Origin: Cyanophyceae cyanobacterium
GTDB lineage: Bacteria; Cyanobacteriota; Cyanobacteriia; Cyanobacteriales; JBHJGN01
Length of the DNA stretch: 64,000 nt
NCBI GenBank assembly: GCA_050331735.1
Contig: JBHJGN010000022.1
Location: 72,858-136,857 of the forward strand
Direction of reading: 5' to 3'
The translations under genes were made by a program, and so were the position numbers. The notes under the pieces are model-generated. The model worked only from the letters and a program-made list of their open reading frames with translations, was not told the DNA's origin and ran no database searches. The stretch's first letter is position 1. Each line of letters begins with the position of its first letter. Shown here in pieces: positions 39,119 to 49,146 of this stretch.

Positions 39119-40027
39119 CTAAAGTCGATTGAGCCTCGTCATTTCTTCAGAGTTTAGCGTCATAGAAGCAGCAGCGATGTTTTCTTCGAGGTGAGAAATT
39201 GTTGTCGTTCCCGGAATTAACAGAATATTCGGCGCGGTGTGAAGCAACCAGGCGAGAGCAACCTGATTGGGTTTTACTCCTTGATTTCGAGCAATATCCG
39301 CCAGGATTCCTTCGGCATTGGCTAACGGTGCGCCACGCTTTAGAGGATGTGCGCCTAAAGAACCATAGGGAATGAAAGCAATGTGATTTTGGGCGCAGTA
39401 ATCTAGGCTATCTTGATTGGTGCGATCGCTGAAGCTAAAGCGATTTTGCACCGAAGCGATGTCTATAATCCCTCTCGCTTCTTCGATTTGTGCGACGGTG
39501 ACGTTTGAAATTCCTACATAACGAATTTTTCCCTCTTGCTTGAGCTGTGCTAAGGTGTGAACCGATTCAGCGAAGGGGACTTTAGGATCGGGACGATGAA
39601 GCTGGTAGAGGTCGAGGCGATCGCGTTTTAACCGTTTTAGACTCGCTTCAACGCTACGTCTGAGACTTTCAGGACGACCATCGGCTTGAATGTTATCGGG
39701 GGTAGGTTTGTTGATGCCTCCTTTAGTGGCAATCACTAAATCTTCTGGGTACGGATGCAAAGCAGAGGCAATGATTTCTTCATTGAAACCCGGACCATAG
39801 GCTTCGGCAGTATCAATCAAATTAACGCCCAGTTCAACGGCGCGGCGCAACAGTCTTTCTCCTGCTTCCCAGTCGGAATAAGGACCAAAGTTACCCGGTT
39901 GTCCGGTGAGTCTCATTGCACCGTAACCCAGACGGTTGACAACTAAATCTCCACCGATAGCAAAGGTTTGAGAAACTGATGGTGTACTATTCATGGCTGC
40001 TGTGGTAAATGCTGTCGTAAAGTTCAT
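39119..40027 (-). CDS. Aldo/keto reductase
   Basis: LGYGAM, IDTAEAYG, IATKGG, LYQLHRPD, GISN, LIPGT. Confidence 0.92.
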   Translation of the reverse strand: MNFTTAFTTAAMNSTPSVSQTFAIGGDLVVNRLGYGAMRLTGQPGNFGPYSDWEAGERLLRRAVELGVNLIDTAEAYGPGFNEEIIASALHPYPEDLVIATKGGINKPTPDNIQADGRPESLRRSVEASLKRLKRDRLDLYQLHRPDPKVPFAESVHTLAQLKQEGKIRYVGISNVTVAQIEEARGIIDIASVQNRFSFSDRTNQDSLDYCAQNHIAFIPYGSLGAHPLKRGAPLANAEGILADIARNQGVKPNQVALAWLLHTAPNILLIPGTTTISHLEENIAAASMTLNSEEMTRLNRL

Positions 40028-40139
40028 GTCCGAAATTCCTCACTAGTTTTTTCTAATTTCCTCTTTGCCTGTTACGAGTAGACAACTTGACATCTCCTGA
40101 TGAATGTTTCAAAATCTGGATTGTTCTATTTGCTTAACG

Positions 40140-40152
40140 TTACGCCACGTAA
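40140..40152. promoter_or_regulatory. Candidate TetR operator
   Basis: TTACG-CCA-CGTAA palindrome between the divergent AKR and TetR genes. Confidence 0.4.
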
Positions 40153-40178
40153 ACTAATTTAGCAATAACTCAACAAAT

Positions 40179-40796
40179 ATGTCAACTGCCAAAGCCAAAA
40201 CAGCTAAAACCTCTGTTACATCGGGGCGGGGAAGACCGCGATCGCCCGAGACTCGGGAAAAAATCCTCAAAGCCGCCTATGAGCTTCTTAATGAAGTCGG
40301 ATTTATGGACTTGACCATTGAAGGGGTAGCCGCACGAGCCTCTGTTGGCAAACCGACTATCTATCGTCGCTGGAAGAGTAAGGCTGCACTGGCGATGGAC
40401 GCTTTTCTAGAAGCCGTCAATCCAGAACTAGCTTTTCCTGATACAGGTGCGGTTAGGGAAGATTTTCGCTTACAGATGCAAAAGCTCGTTGAAGTCATGA
40501 ACAGCCCCAGAGGAGAAGTTCTAGCCACCGTCATTGGAAGCGGACAAGTGGATGATGAGTTGATGGCATCTTTTAGAGATAATTGGCTCACTCCGAGAAG
40601 AGAAGATGCGAAACAAACTTTGCAAAGAGGAATGAAGCGAGGGGAGTTAAAACCAGACGTAGATGTAGAAGTAGCAATCGATGCTTTGTATAGCCCACTG
40701 TTTTATCGTCTGTTGCTCAAACACGCCCCCTTAACCGAGCCGTTTATTGATGAGTTAGTTAATTTAGTGATGGAGGGGTTGACAGCAGCGAGCTAA
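40179..40796 (+). CDS. TetR/AcrR-family regulator
   Basis: GRPR, TIEGVAARASVGKPTIYRRW. Confidence 0.93.
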   Translation: MSTAKAKTAKTSVTSGRGRPRSPETREKILKAAYELLNEVGFMDLTIEGVAARASVGKPTIYRRWKSKAALAMDAFLEAVNPELAFPDTGAVREDFRLQMQKLVEVMNSPRGEVLATVIGSGQVDDELMASFRDNWLTPRREDAKQTLQRGMKRGELKPDVDVEVAIDALYSPLFYRLLLKHAPLTEPFIDELVNLVMEGLTAAS

Positions 40797-40858
40797 GTTG
40801 TGCCCGAGTCAATGCACCCGAGAATCTCGTCGTCTTAATGCAGAAATATTAAAGGGGG

Positions 40859-41428
40859 TTAAATCTTGTCCCGGTCTAAGCCGATAATCACCCTGGCAGC
40901 CTCAGCTAAATTAGCCACAACGTGGTGAGGTAAGCGCTGGCGCGACAGCACCCACTCTGTCTCATTACCATTGTCGAGCAAAACAGTTCGACAGCCAGCC
41001 AGACGACCCGCCTCAACGTCATTGAGAATATCGCCAATGAACCAGGACTGAGATAGCTCAAGCTGATGCTCGTCAGCCGCTTGCTGAATCAGTCCGGGCT
41101 GTGGCTTACGACAGTGACAGTTAACTGCATAGTTAGCAACGCTGCCGTCGGGATGGTGGGGGCAGTAATAAAAGCCGGATAGAGAGGCTCCAGCATCTAC
41201 GAGCAGCTCGTGCAGACGCTGGCGAACAGCGGTGAGGGCGGCTTCTGGAAAATAGCCGCGAGCTACCCCTGATTGGTTGGTAATAACGATCAGTTGGTAT
41301 CCAGCGCTAGAGAGCGATCGCACTGCCTCCATCGCCCCTGCACCCAAACAAATTTTGCTAGGATCGACGTTGTAAGGAACATCCTTAACCAGCGTACCAT
41401 CCTTATCTAGAAACACGGCCCGATTCAT
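40859..41428 (-). CDS. gmhB: HAD-IIIA phosphatase, D-glycero-D-manno-heptose bisphosphate phosphatase-like
   Basis: FLDKDGTL, TNQSGVARG, CPHHP...CHCRKP, IGD. Confidence 0.8.
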   Translation of the reverse strand: MNRAVFLDKDGTLVKDVPYNVDPSKICLGAGAMEAVRSLSSAGYQLIVITNQSGVARGYFPEAALTAVRQRLHELLVDAGASLSGFYYCPHHPDGSVANYAVNCHCRKPQPGLIQQAADEHQLELSQSWFIGDILNDVEAGRLAGCRTVLLDNGNETEWVLSRQRLPHHVVANLAEAARVIIGLDRDKI

Positions 41429-41521
41429 CTTAACCCTCGGCGTATTGTCAGCTTACTCAGTTTCCGGCGAAACTTTGAGGGACAACTAGCAAACAGACTA
41501 AAGTGTGTAGAAGACCTAAGC

Positions 41522-42079
41522 TCAGGGGGAGCGACGTCTGCCAGCGAATCTCCCTAGAGCAAGCGCGACGGCTAAACCTAAACCTGTCGTCGGTTCGGGA
41601 ACGGAAGTGGCAATGGTACCGATGCTAACGCGACCAAGAGGATCTGTAAAGGCTGCGTCAGTTGACAAAATTTGTAGACTCGCTCCGTTAGCATTTGTTC
41701 CGACAAAATCGAGCGCCGTTAGGGTAAAATCTGCGAAAGTCACTCTCGGAAAGACTGGAAACACAATATCGTCCTCGGCGGTAAAGTGTTCTTCATCAAC
41801 AGTCAAAGAAAAATCATTAAGGCCCGCGAGAGCCCCCGGTACTGGAAAGTTAATGTCCTCAACGAAAAAGCTGATTCCTGGAGACACGACTCCACTGCCG
41901 GTGCTGTCAAGAAACAATTCATCGGTAGCAACAGCACCCGTGAAAGCTTGACCAGCTAAAGGACCATCGAAAAACGCTGCTGTAAATAAAGTCGTCAGAG
42001 TTGCTGCTTGAGAAGAGCCAGTTGCCACGAATCCAGCTCCTGTTGAAGCTACTAGCGTTAAAGTCAATAATCTATTCAT
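41522..42079 (-). CDS. PEP-CTERM sorting-domain protein
   Basis: Signal peptide; C-terminal VPEP, hydrophobic stretch, RRR. Confidence 0.85.
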   Translation of the reverse strand: MNRLLTLTLVASTGAGFVATGSSQAATLTTLFTAAFFDGPLAGQAFTGAVATDELFLDSTGSGVVSPGISFFVEDINFPVPGALAGLNDFSLTVDEEHFTAEDDIVFPVFPRVTFADFTLTALDFVGTNANGASLQILSTDAAFTDPLGRVSIGTIATSVPEPTTGLGLAVALALGRFAGRRRSP

Positions 42080-42133
42080 AATAAGCCCGAACTGACCTTG
42101 GGGATGCTGAAGGAGTAAGATAATATATCCGAG

Positions 42134-42165
42134 GAAGCCTACGGCTGTCGAGCAGCCGTGGCTTC
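42134..42165. terminator. Stem-loop downstream of the RTX-like gene
   Basis: GAAGCC(T)ACGGCTG-TCGAG-CAGCCGTGGCTTC. Confidence 0.5.
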
Positions 42166-42211
42166 TAAACGTGAAAATGTAGCTCAGTTAGCTCTGAGCT
42201 TTTTCTTTGTC

Positions 42212-42826
42212 CTAAAAGAGGACTGTCGAATTCGTTCTGGTAACAACGTTGAGGCTGTCAGTCGCATCTAGTCTGAAGGCGATCGCGTTCTCAAATTCAT
42301 CAATAGATAGCAGAGTAGTCCCGCCAACGTTGCTAACGCTGACATCGGTACTGCCGACAATCACGATGGAGTCGCTGCCCAAGTCGAAATCAAGAAGAGT
42401 ATCTGTCTCTCCCTCAACAAATTGACTAGCAAAGAACTCGTAAACATCAGCCCCTTCGCCGCTGATTGCTAAATCCGAACCTTCATTGCCAACGACAACA
42501 TCATCGCCTGTACCGCCACGAACGATATCATCTCCGAAGCCGCCGAACACGAAGTCAGTTCCTCCAGCGCCATTGAAATTGTCGTTGCCCGCTCCCGCCA
42601 TGAGAATATCTATCTCATTGCCGCCAACAGCAACGTCGTTCCCGTCAGAAATCTCGTCGCTGAAAATCAAGATGTTCGTTCCCTCTTCTTGTCCGGCTGC
42701 ATAGACGCCACCGCCTTCTTGAGGTTCGTCAAAGAATCTTGCTCCCGCAAAGAAACTTTCAAAAAGCGGAGTCGTGCTGTCTTCAGCAAGAAGTTCAGCA
42801 GAAGGGCTGCCTATAGTTAATGACAT
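42212..42826 (-). CDS. Acidic calcium-binding protein with RTX (GGxGxD) repeats
   Basis: AGAGNDNF, GAGGTDFV, GGFGDDIV, GGTGDDVV, GNEGSD; AAGGAG RBS. Confidence 0.8.
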   Translation of the reverse strand: MSLTIGSPSAELLAEDSTTPLFESFFAGARFFDEPQEGGGVYAAGQEEGTNILIFSDEISDGNDVAVGGNEIDILMAGAGNDNFNGAGGTDFVFGGFGDDIVRGGTGDDVVVGNEGSDLAISGEGADVYEFFASQFVEGETDTLLDFDLGSDSIVIVGSTDVSVSNVGGTTLLSIDEFENAIAFRLDATDSLNVVTRTNSTVLF

Positions 42827-43437
42827 TTTTAGGTCTCCTTAACTTAATTAGCTCGGCCTGTTTAAGCCACTGTTAATTTAAATCTTTATTGGCGAATAAA
42901 GATGAAAATAAAATTAGAAAAAGGAGACAAATAACGTAATATTGCTAATTCTAAAAATAGCCAATGGTAGACAGTTTGATTTCGTCCCAAAAGACAAACT
43001 ATAGCTCTCAGGAAAATTTAATTATTGTTGTCTTTACTCAATTGTGTTCCAGTTAACAAATGAAATAGCCCCAGATTTCCAGCTTAGAATGTGTTATGGC
43101 GGACCTTGCTGAATAAAACTATAGAGATGGCCGTGCTGAGTATCGAGAAAAACACAGAACAGAACATGCACTCTTAGAATAGCTAATTAAAAAAACAATA
43201 GTTTTTCTCCAAAATCTTCCCGGAGAAGCTTATCTTTGGACAGCAGTCGTCATTTTTGGTTCTTCAAGCGCAGTTACAAAACGTTTGATATAGCAATTTT
43301 TACTTTGATGAGGTACGGTCATAAATCCTCGTTTTTGCTGATGGTTGTTTGCTGATGGGGAACTAGCATCCTTCCTGGTATACCTCACAGATTTGAGCAA
43401 CGCTATACAACGCCTAAGATACCGAAACCGTTGTTAA

Positions 43438-43832
43438 TCAAACCGTTGAGGAGTTACTTAAGGTAATAGAGCGCCCGGAGCGAGTAATACGGCCCTTTTG
43501 CTCCAGGTGTTTTAAAGCGCGAGAGAGGGTTTCTGGCGTCAGTCCCAGTTCGGCAGCGATATCCTTAGGAGGAGTGCGAGAGTGACAACATTCTCGTTAG
43601 CTCCAGCGAGATACCGTAGGTACTGGTAAACTCGTTGGTGGGCCTTGCGAATATTTTGTAACTCTAGCCGCATCTTGAGAGCCTGGATTTTCAGAACGAG
43701 CCTGATCGTTAGATTTTCTGTTAGGTCTGGGTGTTTGCGGAGGGCAGAGAGGAAAGCTCGCCTCGGATAAACAATAATTTGCGAATCGCTCTCGGCGATC
43801 GCTGTACAGGGATGGACATCAGCAACCAGCGC
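43438..43832 (-). pseudogene. 5'-truncated, frameshifted Crp/Fnr-family regulator
   Basis: Hand translation ALVADVHPCTAIAESDSQIIVYPR...QRVYQYLR, frameshift near 43578, then KDIAAELGLTPETLSRALKHLEQKGRI (HTH); no start codon. Confidence 0.8.
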
Positions 43833-43842
43833 TCAGGACTTA

Positions 43843-44061
43843 GCCGACCATGAAGAGTGGGCCGTTTCTACTATTCATGCGGGCTTAGGCATGAGCGTGA
43901 TGCCGGTGTGGAACAACGTCGGCGGAATCGCCTACGTGCCGATCGCTGGTCTTGATCTCCAGCGCACGGTAGGACTAAAATGGCGAGGGCAGGCCAAGAT
44001 AGAGCTGATCGAGCAGTTGCGAGCCTTTGCTGCCAAGCTCGCGTTGTCCTATCAAGAATAA
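43843..44061 (+). pseudogene. C-terminal fragment of a LysR-family regulator
   Basis: Hand translation ADHEEWAVSTIHAGLGMSVMP...IAYVPI...LQRTVGLKWR*, the end of a LysR substrate-binding domain with no HTH. Confidence 0.7.
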
Positions 44062-44067
44062 GGCGCC

Positions 44068-44790
44068 CTAGGGCCACGACGACTCCTTCAGCGGCAACAC
44101 CATCATTTCTGCAATCACGGTTTCCTCTGGCTGCGTCAGCAGATACACCACTGTTTTCGCCACATTTTGGGGGTCTTGCAGGGTACTGAGGTCAATATCG
44201 GGGAACCGCTCTAGGAGAAAGGGAGTGCGCATACCGCCCGCAACGAGGGCCGTCACCTTAACATTGTGCGGTCGTCCTTCCACGTGCAGCGCGTGGGAAA
44301 ACCCGAGCAGCCCCCACTTGCTGGCATGATAGGCCGACGCATTAGGCCACGCCCGTTTAGCGGCGGTAGAGGCAATATTGATGATGTGCCCGCCGCCCTG
44401 CTGCTTCATCTGCGTAAACACCGCCTTAGACATCAGGAAGGGACCGTTCAGATTCACCGCAATGATGCGCTCCCACTCTTCTACAGGCATCTCTTCGATC
44501 GATATCGTCAGGTCGGTCCCCGCGTTATTAATCAGACCATTGACCCGTCCGTACTTCTTGAGAACCTCCTCAACTACCGTACGGACCTGTTCCGGGTTAC
44601 TGACATCAAGCTGCATCGCGATCGCTTCTCCGCCTGTAGCGGTGCATTTTTGAGCCACTTGCTCGGCCAACTCTAAACGCAGATCGGCAATAATCGGAAT
44701 GGCTCCGGCCTCCGCTAAACTGTAGCAGATGGCTTCTCCTAGACCTTGGGCGCCACCCGTGACGATCACAACTTTATCTCTTAATTCCAT
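44068..44790 (-). CDS. SDR-family oxidoreductase
   Basis: TGGAQGLG, NNAG, YHASK. Confidence 0.92.
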   Translation of the reverse strand: MELRDKVVIVTGGAQGLGEAICYSLAEAGAIPIIADLRLELAEQVAQKCTATGGEAIAMQLDVSNPEQVRTVVEEVLKKYGRVNGLINNAGTDLTISIEEMPVEEWERIIAVNLNGPFLMSKAVFTQMKQQGGGHIINIASTAAKRAWPNASAYHASKWGLLGFSHALHVEGRPHNVKVTALVAGGMRTPFLLERFPDIDLSTLQDPQNVAKTVVYLLTQPEETVIAEMMVLPLKESSWP

Positions 44791-44810
44791 CGTTATTCTC
44801 CTTGTGTTTT

Positions 44811-46700
44811 CTAGCGATAAGGAAGGGGGAAAGCTTGGGGAAGCAGCGCAGACGGAGGAACCCGGGCGGCACGGTCGTCATTGATACCAATGAGCTGCTC
44901 CTCCACCAGTTCGCACAGCAAATGCAGCACCAGTAGCTGGACTTCCTGAACGCGCTGCGGATCGGGAACCGGAATGCATACGGCGGTATCGGCTAATCCG
45001 CGCAGCTCGCCGCCCTGACCGCCTAGAAGAGCAATGGTAGCCAGGTTTTGCCCCCGCGCCACCTGAAAAGCGTTGATTAAGTTACGCGATCGCCCGCTGG
45101 TGCTAATGCCTACCAGCACGTCTCCCGACTGAGCGAAGGTTCTCACCTGACGAGCAAAAATATCTTCATAGCTAACATCGTTCGACCAGGCGGTGAGCAA
45201 AGCCGTATCGGCGGTGAGGGCGATCGCCGGGAGGCCAGAACGGTTCGGAAACCGAAACCGCCCGACCAGTTCAGCCGCAAAGTGCTGCGACTCTGCCGCG
45301 CTGCCGCCGTTCCCGCAGACGAGCACTTTGCCTCCTTGAGCAAAGCAGGCACTCAAACAGCGAGCGGCAGAGAGGATGGTGGGAGTCAGAGACGCTTTGG
45401 CAGCCTGAAACGCGGCGATGGCCGCCTCAAAACTGCTCTCGATCAGCAGCAGTTCGCTCTCTTTAGCGCTGAGCTGTCCTCCGGCTAACACCTCCTCGTA
45501 GAGCGCGGCGATGGCGCTGACTACCTTGGACCAGGGAAAATTTTGCGTGGCGTGACGCAGGGCCTGCTGTCCGAGCAGATGCAGAACAGTGGGATGACGG
45601 TAGAGGTAGGCGAGGCGATCGCCCAGCATCTCTGGCTGATGGGGCGGAATTAAATATCCCGTTTCGCCATCTTTAACGGTAAACTTAATCCCGCCTACGT
45701 TGGAGCCAATCACGGGCGTACCGCAGGCCATTGCCTCCACCGGAGTAATGCCAAACGGTTCGTACCAGGGAGTGGTCACAAACACGTCAGCAGCACTGTA
45801 GAAGTACTTAAGAATTTCCCGCCCGCGACGACCGATAAACGTCACGTGCTCCGCTACTCCAGCCGCAGCCGCCAGCTCCTGGAGGCGACCGATTTCATCG
45901 GCCTGATTGAGCGCAAGCTGAGATTCTCCCCCCACGATGAGCAGTTTGGCCTCGATGCGGTGCTGATAGAGCAGATGAGCAAACCCCAAAATCGCGTTAT
46001 CCACGCCTTTGCGCGGAACCATCCGTCCGAGCTGGAGGATCAGGGGCTCGTCGGTCAATCCAAGCGTGGCTCTGGCCTGGGCTTTGTTGATTTTCCAAAA
46101 CTCCGTCGGATCGAAGCCGCAGGGAATCACGCTAATTTTCTGCGGCTCAGCCCCGTAAAGCTCAATTAAATCTTCTCGATCTTGGGGACACTCGGCAATG
46201 AGGCGCTCGGCCTCGCGCACAATGCGATCTTCGATGGCAAAGCGCTCGTCGGGAAAGCGGTCAGCTTTGCCCTGGTGGAGACGACGAACTCGGCCCAAGG
46301 CGTGGAACGTCACTACGAAGGGGAGCTGCCGCTGTTGCTTGACCTCCATTGCCACCAGCGCCGACATCCAAAAGTTCGCATGAATCAGGTCGTACGGACG
46401 CTTGTCAAGGCAGTCGAGGAGGTAAGCTGTAAACGCGCCCATGTAAGGCAGCAATTCCTCTTTGCACAGGTAAACAGCCGGACCTGCTGGCACGTGAATA
46501 ATTCGGACACCGTTATGCCATTCCACCACTTCCGGCAGTGACGGGCGATCGCGCCGGGTGAATACGTCTACGCTGTAGCCAATGGCGGCTAAATGTTTGG
46601 CAACCTGCCCGACATAAACATTTTGACCGCCGCTATCAACTCCTCCAAAGATCCCAAGAGGACTGGCATGTTCGCTAATGAGGGCAATCTGTTTGGTCAT
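44811..46700 (-). CDS. GT4 (MshA-like) glycosyltransferase fused to a GmhA-like SIS phosphoheptose isomerase
   Basis: SEHASPL..DSGGQNVY, HANFWMS, YEPFGITPVEAMACG; then CGNGGSAAESQH, STSGRS, RVQEVQ. Confidence 0.85.
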   Translation of the reverse strand: MTKQIALISEHASPLGIFGGVDSGGQNVYVGQVAKHLAAIGYSVDVFTRRDRPSLPEVVEWHNGVRIIHVPAGPAVYLCKEELLPYMGAFTAYLLDCLDKRPYDLIHANFWMSALVAMEVKQQRQLPFVVTFHALGRVRRLHQGKADRFPDERFAIEDRIVREAERLIAECPQDREDLIELYGAEPQKISVIPCGFDPTEFWKINKAQARATLGLTDEPLILQLGRMVPRKGVDNAILGFAHLLYQHRIEAKLLIVGGESQLALNQADEIGRLQELAAAAGVAEHVTFIGRRGREILKYFYSAADVFVTTPWYEPFGITPVEAMACGTPVIGSNVGGIKFTVKDGETGYLIPPHQPEMLGDRLAYLYRHPTVLHLLGQQALRHATQNFPWSKVVSAIAALYEEVLAGGQLSAKESELLLIESSFEAAIAAFQAAKASLTPTILSAARCLSACFAQGGKVLVCGNGGSAAESQHFAAELVGRFRFPNRSGLPAIALTADTALLTAWSNDVSYEDIFARQVRTFAQSGDVLVGISTSGRSRNLINAFQVARGQNLATIALLGGQGGELRGLADTAVCIPVPDPQRVQEVQLLVLHLLCELVEEQLIGINDDRAARVPPSALLPQAFPLPYR

Positions 46701-46710
46701 TGTTGAGCCT

Positions 46711-47688
46711 TCAATCTTTGGGAGTCTGGAGTTTTACACTGGGGGAGCGAGCCACTGCCGCTGCGAATACTCGGTTCCAGTCGTCAATAAATCGTTGGAT
46801 ATTAAATCGCTGCTGCGCCTGCCGTTTCGCCCCGGCACTTAAAGACAAAGCCAGGGAGCGATCGCCAATCAGCTTATGCATATACTCGATTAAAGCATTC
46901 ACGTCGGTACTCACGTAGCCAGATACGCCATTGTCCACCACCGTGACTAACTCAGTGGTTGCCAGCCCGACCAGCGGCAGGCCGACCAACATCGCTTCGC
47001 ACACCGCTAGCCCCAGGCTAGTGTAGCGGACCGGATGAAAGAAGAAGCGGTAGCGAGACATCAAAGCTGGCAGATCTTGATGGGGCACTTCCCCCAGTCC
47101 GCCGAGAGATTCCGCATCCATCCCCACTAAATCCAAGGGAACTGCCGCGCGGACCTGCTCAAACACGTCTGCTCCGAGCCGTCGTCCGCGCGTCCGCAAG
47201 CCATTGACAACCACCAGTCCCCGCGCCAATTCACCGGTATAGTTGACTGGGGGAACGAGTACGCCGTGGTCGATAACGCAGGTGGGCGTGGCCCCATTAT
47301 CCCACATCAACTCGTTGAAGTGAGTGACGTGGACCAGCAGCACGTTCGGGTCGTTCACCGGATGCTTAGTGTTGGTTGGCTGTTCCTGGGGCGGATCGTG
47401 TTCGAGATAGAGACGCGGTAGCTGTCGCTGAGACTCCGCTAAAATTTCGTACTGATCCTGGAGATAGTTGCGGCGGGACTGAAACAGAATACAGTCAAAT
47501 TCTTGGTGCCGCACCTGCTCAGCCGGAATATCGCGCACGTTGTCTCCCCAGGGAAAGTTGGGCAACCGTCCGCCGTAGCCCTCTGGTGTGCCCGCCTTCA
47601 CGGGCAAGTAGAACTCATGGGGAGTCTGAGTCAAGTAGTAGAGATAGCTGCCGTGGACGTGCCAGGTCAAAATTTTCAATGGTCGCAT
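46711..47688 (-). CDS. GT-B fold (GT4-like) glycosyltransferase
   Basis: RYTSLGLAVCEAM..GLP. Confidence 0.8.
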   Translation of the reverse strand: MRPLKILTWHVHGSYLYYLTQTPHEFYLPVKAGTPEGYGGRLPNFPWGDNVRDIPAEQVRHQEFDCILFQSRRNYLQDQYEILAESQRQLPRLYLEHDPPQEQPTNTKHPVNDPNVLLVHVTHFNELMWDNGATPTCVIDHGVLVPPVNYTGELARGLVVVNGLRTRGRRLGADVFEQVRAAVPLDLVGMDAESLGGLGEVPHQDLPALMSRYRFFFHPVRYTSLGLAVCEAMLVGLPLVGLATTELVTVVDNGVSGYVSTDVNALIEYMHKLIGDRSLALSLSAGAKRQAQQRFNIQRFIDDWNRVFAAAVARSPSVKLQTPKD

Positions 47689-48176
47689 AACGAAGGAAGA
47701 ACCGCTAATACTAAGTCAAGATAGGGGTGATGGGGACTATCTTCCGGAGGAGAAATCGGGGTGGTGAGGACACCACCACCAAATTCCTGAGCAAGTCCGA
47801 TGCGAATGGGCACTCCCGCCAGGTAGCAGAGGTAGGCCAAAGGATAGGGAGACTGGTGACGGCAGGTCAAGATGATGGCTGCCTCTAGCTGCGCTGAGCG
47901 GAGCGTTTTAATTAGATGTCGCGTGGGTTGAGCATCATTCCAGACTGGGTAGGTCCACACCCGCTCGACTAGCGGCAGCGGTACGGCCTCCGCCGCTAAT
48001 ACCACGATCACCGTTGCGGGCAAAGCGTTGCGCAGCCGCTCTAGAGCCAATTTGATGGCTGGCTCTGGCCGACCAACGCAGGCCACTAACAGGTGACGGA
48101 CCTTAGTTAAGGGAGCCTGCGACGCGGCTAAACCCATACCCCCGTCTGCCTGCTGCCGGTCTTCTCGCTCACGCAT
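47676..48176 (-). CDS. Short GT9-like single-domain protein
   Basis: AAIILT..QSPYPLAYLCYLAGVPIRIG; overlaps both neighbours; 166 aa. Confidence 0.55.
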   Translation of the reverse strand: MREREDRQQADGGMGLAASQAPLTKVRHLLVACVGRPEPAIKLALERLRNALPATVIVVLAAEAVPLPLVERVWTYPVWNDAQPTRHLIKTLRSAQLEAAIILTCRHQSPYPLAYLCYLAGVPIRIGLAQEFGGGVLTTPISPPEDSPHHPYLDLVLAVLPSLCDH

Positions 48177-49146
48177 AGACCTCCTCCAGCAGATGAGCAG
48201 CAGCCGTCAGCACCGCCTGGAGACTTGCCGCCTCTTTAAGAATGACGCGATGGCGCTGACGGTTTAGCGGAGACCAGCGGCGCGGATCTGAATCAGAAAA
48301 GATGACCACGCTGTTGACCTCAAGAGCAGCCGCTAAATGAGAGACTCCAGTATCGTTGCAAACTAAGAGGGCCGCTTGCTGGAGCAGCGCTGCTAACGCT
48401 CCTAAAGATGTACGACCGGCCAAATCGAGCGCGGAACACTGCATCGCCTGCGCCACCGTCTGCGTCAACTCTCGCTCGGCAGCGGTTCCGGTCAACACAA
48501 TCTGATAGCCCCTCCGAGCTAGCGCATCCGCTACGCTAGCAAAGCCCAAAGGCGACCAGCGACGCGCTGCAACGCTGGCTCCCGGATGAACGCAGACGTA
48601 GGGCTGTTGCGGTCGCTCCAAGGAGGCTAGCTCTTCCCAGTCCGCCTTCTTTAAGGGAAATTCCAGCTCTTCCCCCTGAAGAGGAACTCCTAAGAACTCC
48701 AGGAGTCTGAGATGCCGCCGCACTTCTGGCTCGGCTTCTGGGTACGGTAAGAACCGTTGGCTGTCTGGGCAATACTGTCCGGGCAGAAAAAAACCAGCGT
48801 TTGCTTTAGCCCCGAGAAGAACCGTGAAGAGATTGCTAATGGCACCGCTACCGTGCATTTGCATCGCCCAATCGAAGGGGACTTCCTGAACTTGGGCCAG
48901 AAACTGACTAACTCGATCCGGGGAAGACCATCCTTCAGGAATACCAGGAAAGCCAGGAAACTCCAACCAGTCATCGATGTAGTGGCGAAAGCGCTCGACA
49001 AAACCGGCTGCCCAAGGCAGTCCAATCAGCGTAATACGTGCGGTTGGCTGAGCGTTTCGCAGCGCTCGTAAGGCGGGAACGACACAGAGGAGGTCTCCCA
49101 GCCCCGGCAAAGCTCGCACAATCGCAATTCGCGGTTCTGATTTCAA
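48169..49146 (-). CDS. GT9 (heptosyltransferase-like) glycosyltransferase
   Basis: GLGDLL, HPGAS..RRW, DLAGRTSL, CNDTGVSHLAAAL. Confidence 0.88.
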   Translation of the reverse strand: MKSEPRIAIVRALPGLGDLLCVVPALRALRNAQPTARITLIGLPWAAGFVERFRHYIDDWLEFPGFPGIPEGWSSPDRVSQFLAQVQEVPFDWAMQMHGSGAISNLFTVLLGAKANAGFFLPGQYCPDSQRFLPYPEAEPEVRRHLRLLEFLGVPLQGEELEFPLKKADWEELASLERPQQPYVCVHPGASVAARRWSPLGFASVADALARRGYQIVLTGTAAERELTQTVAQAMQCSALDLAGRTSLGALAALLQQAALLVCNDTGVSHLAAALEVNSVVIFSDSDPRRWSPLNRQRHRVILKEAASLQAVLTAAAHLLEEVYA

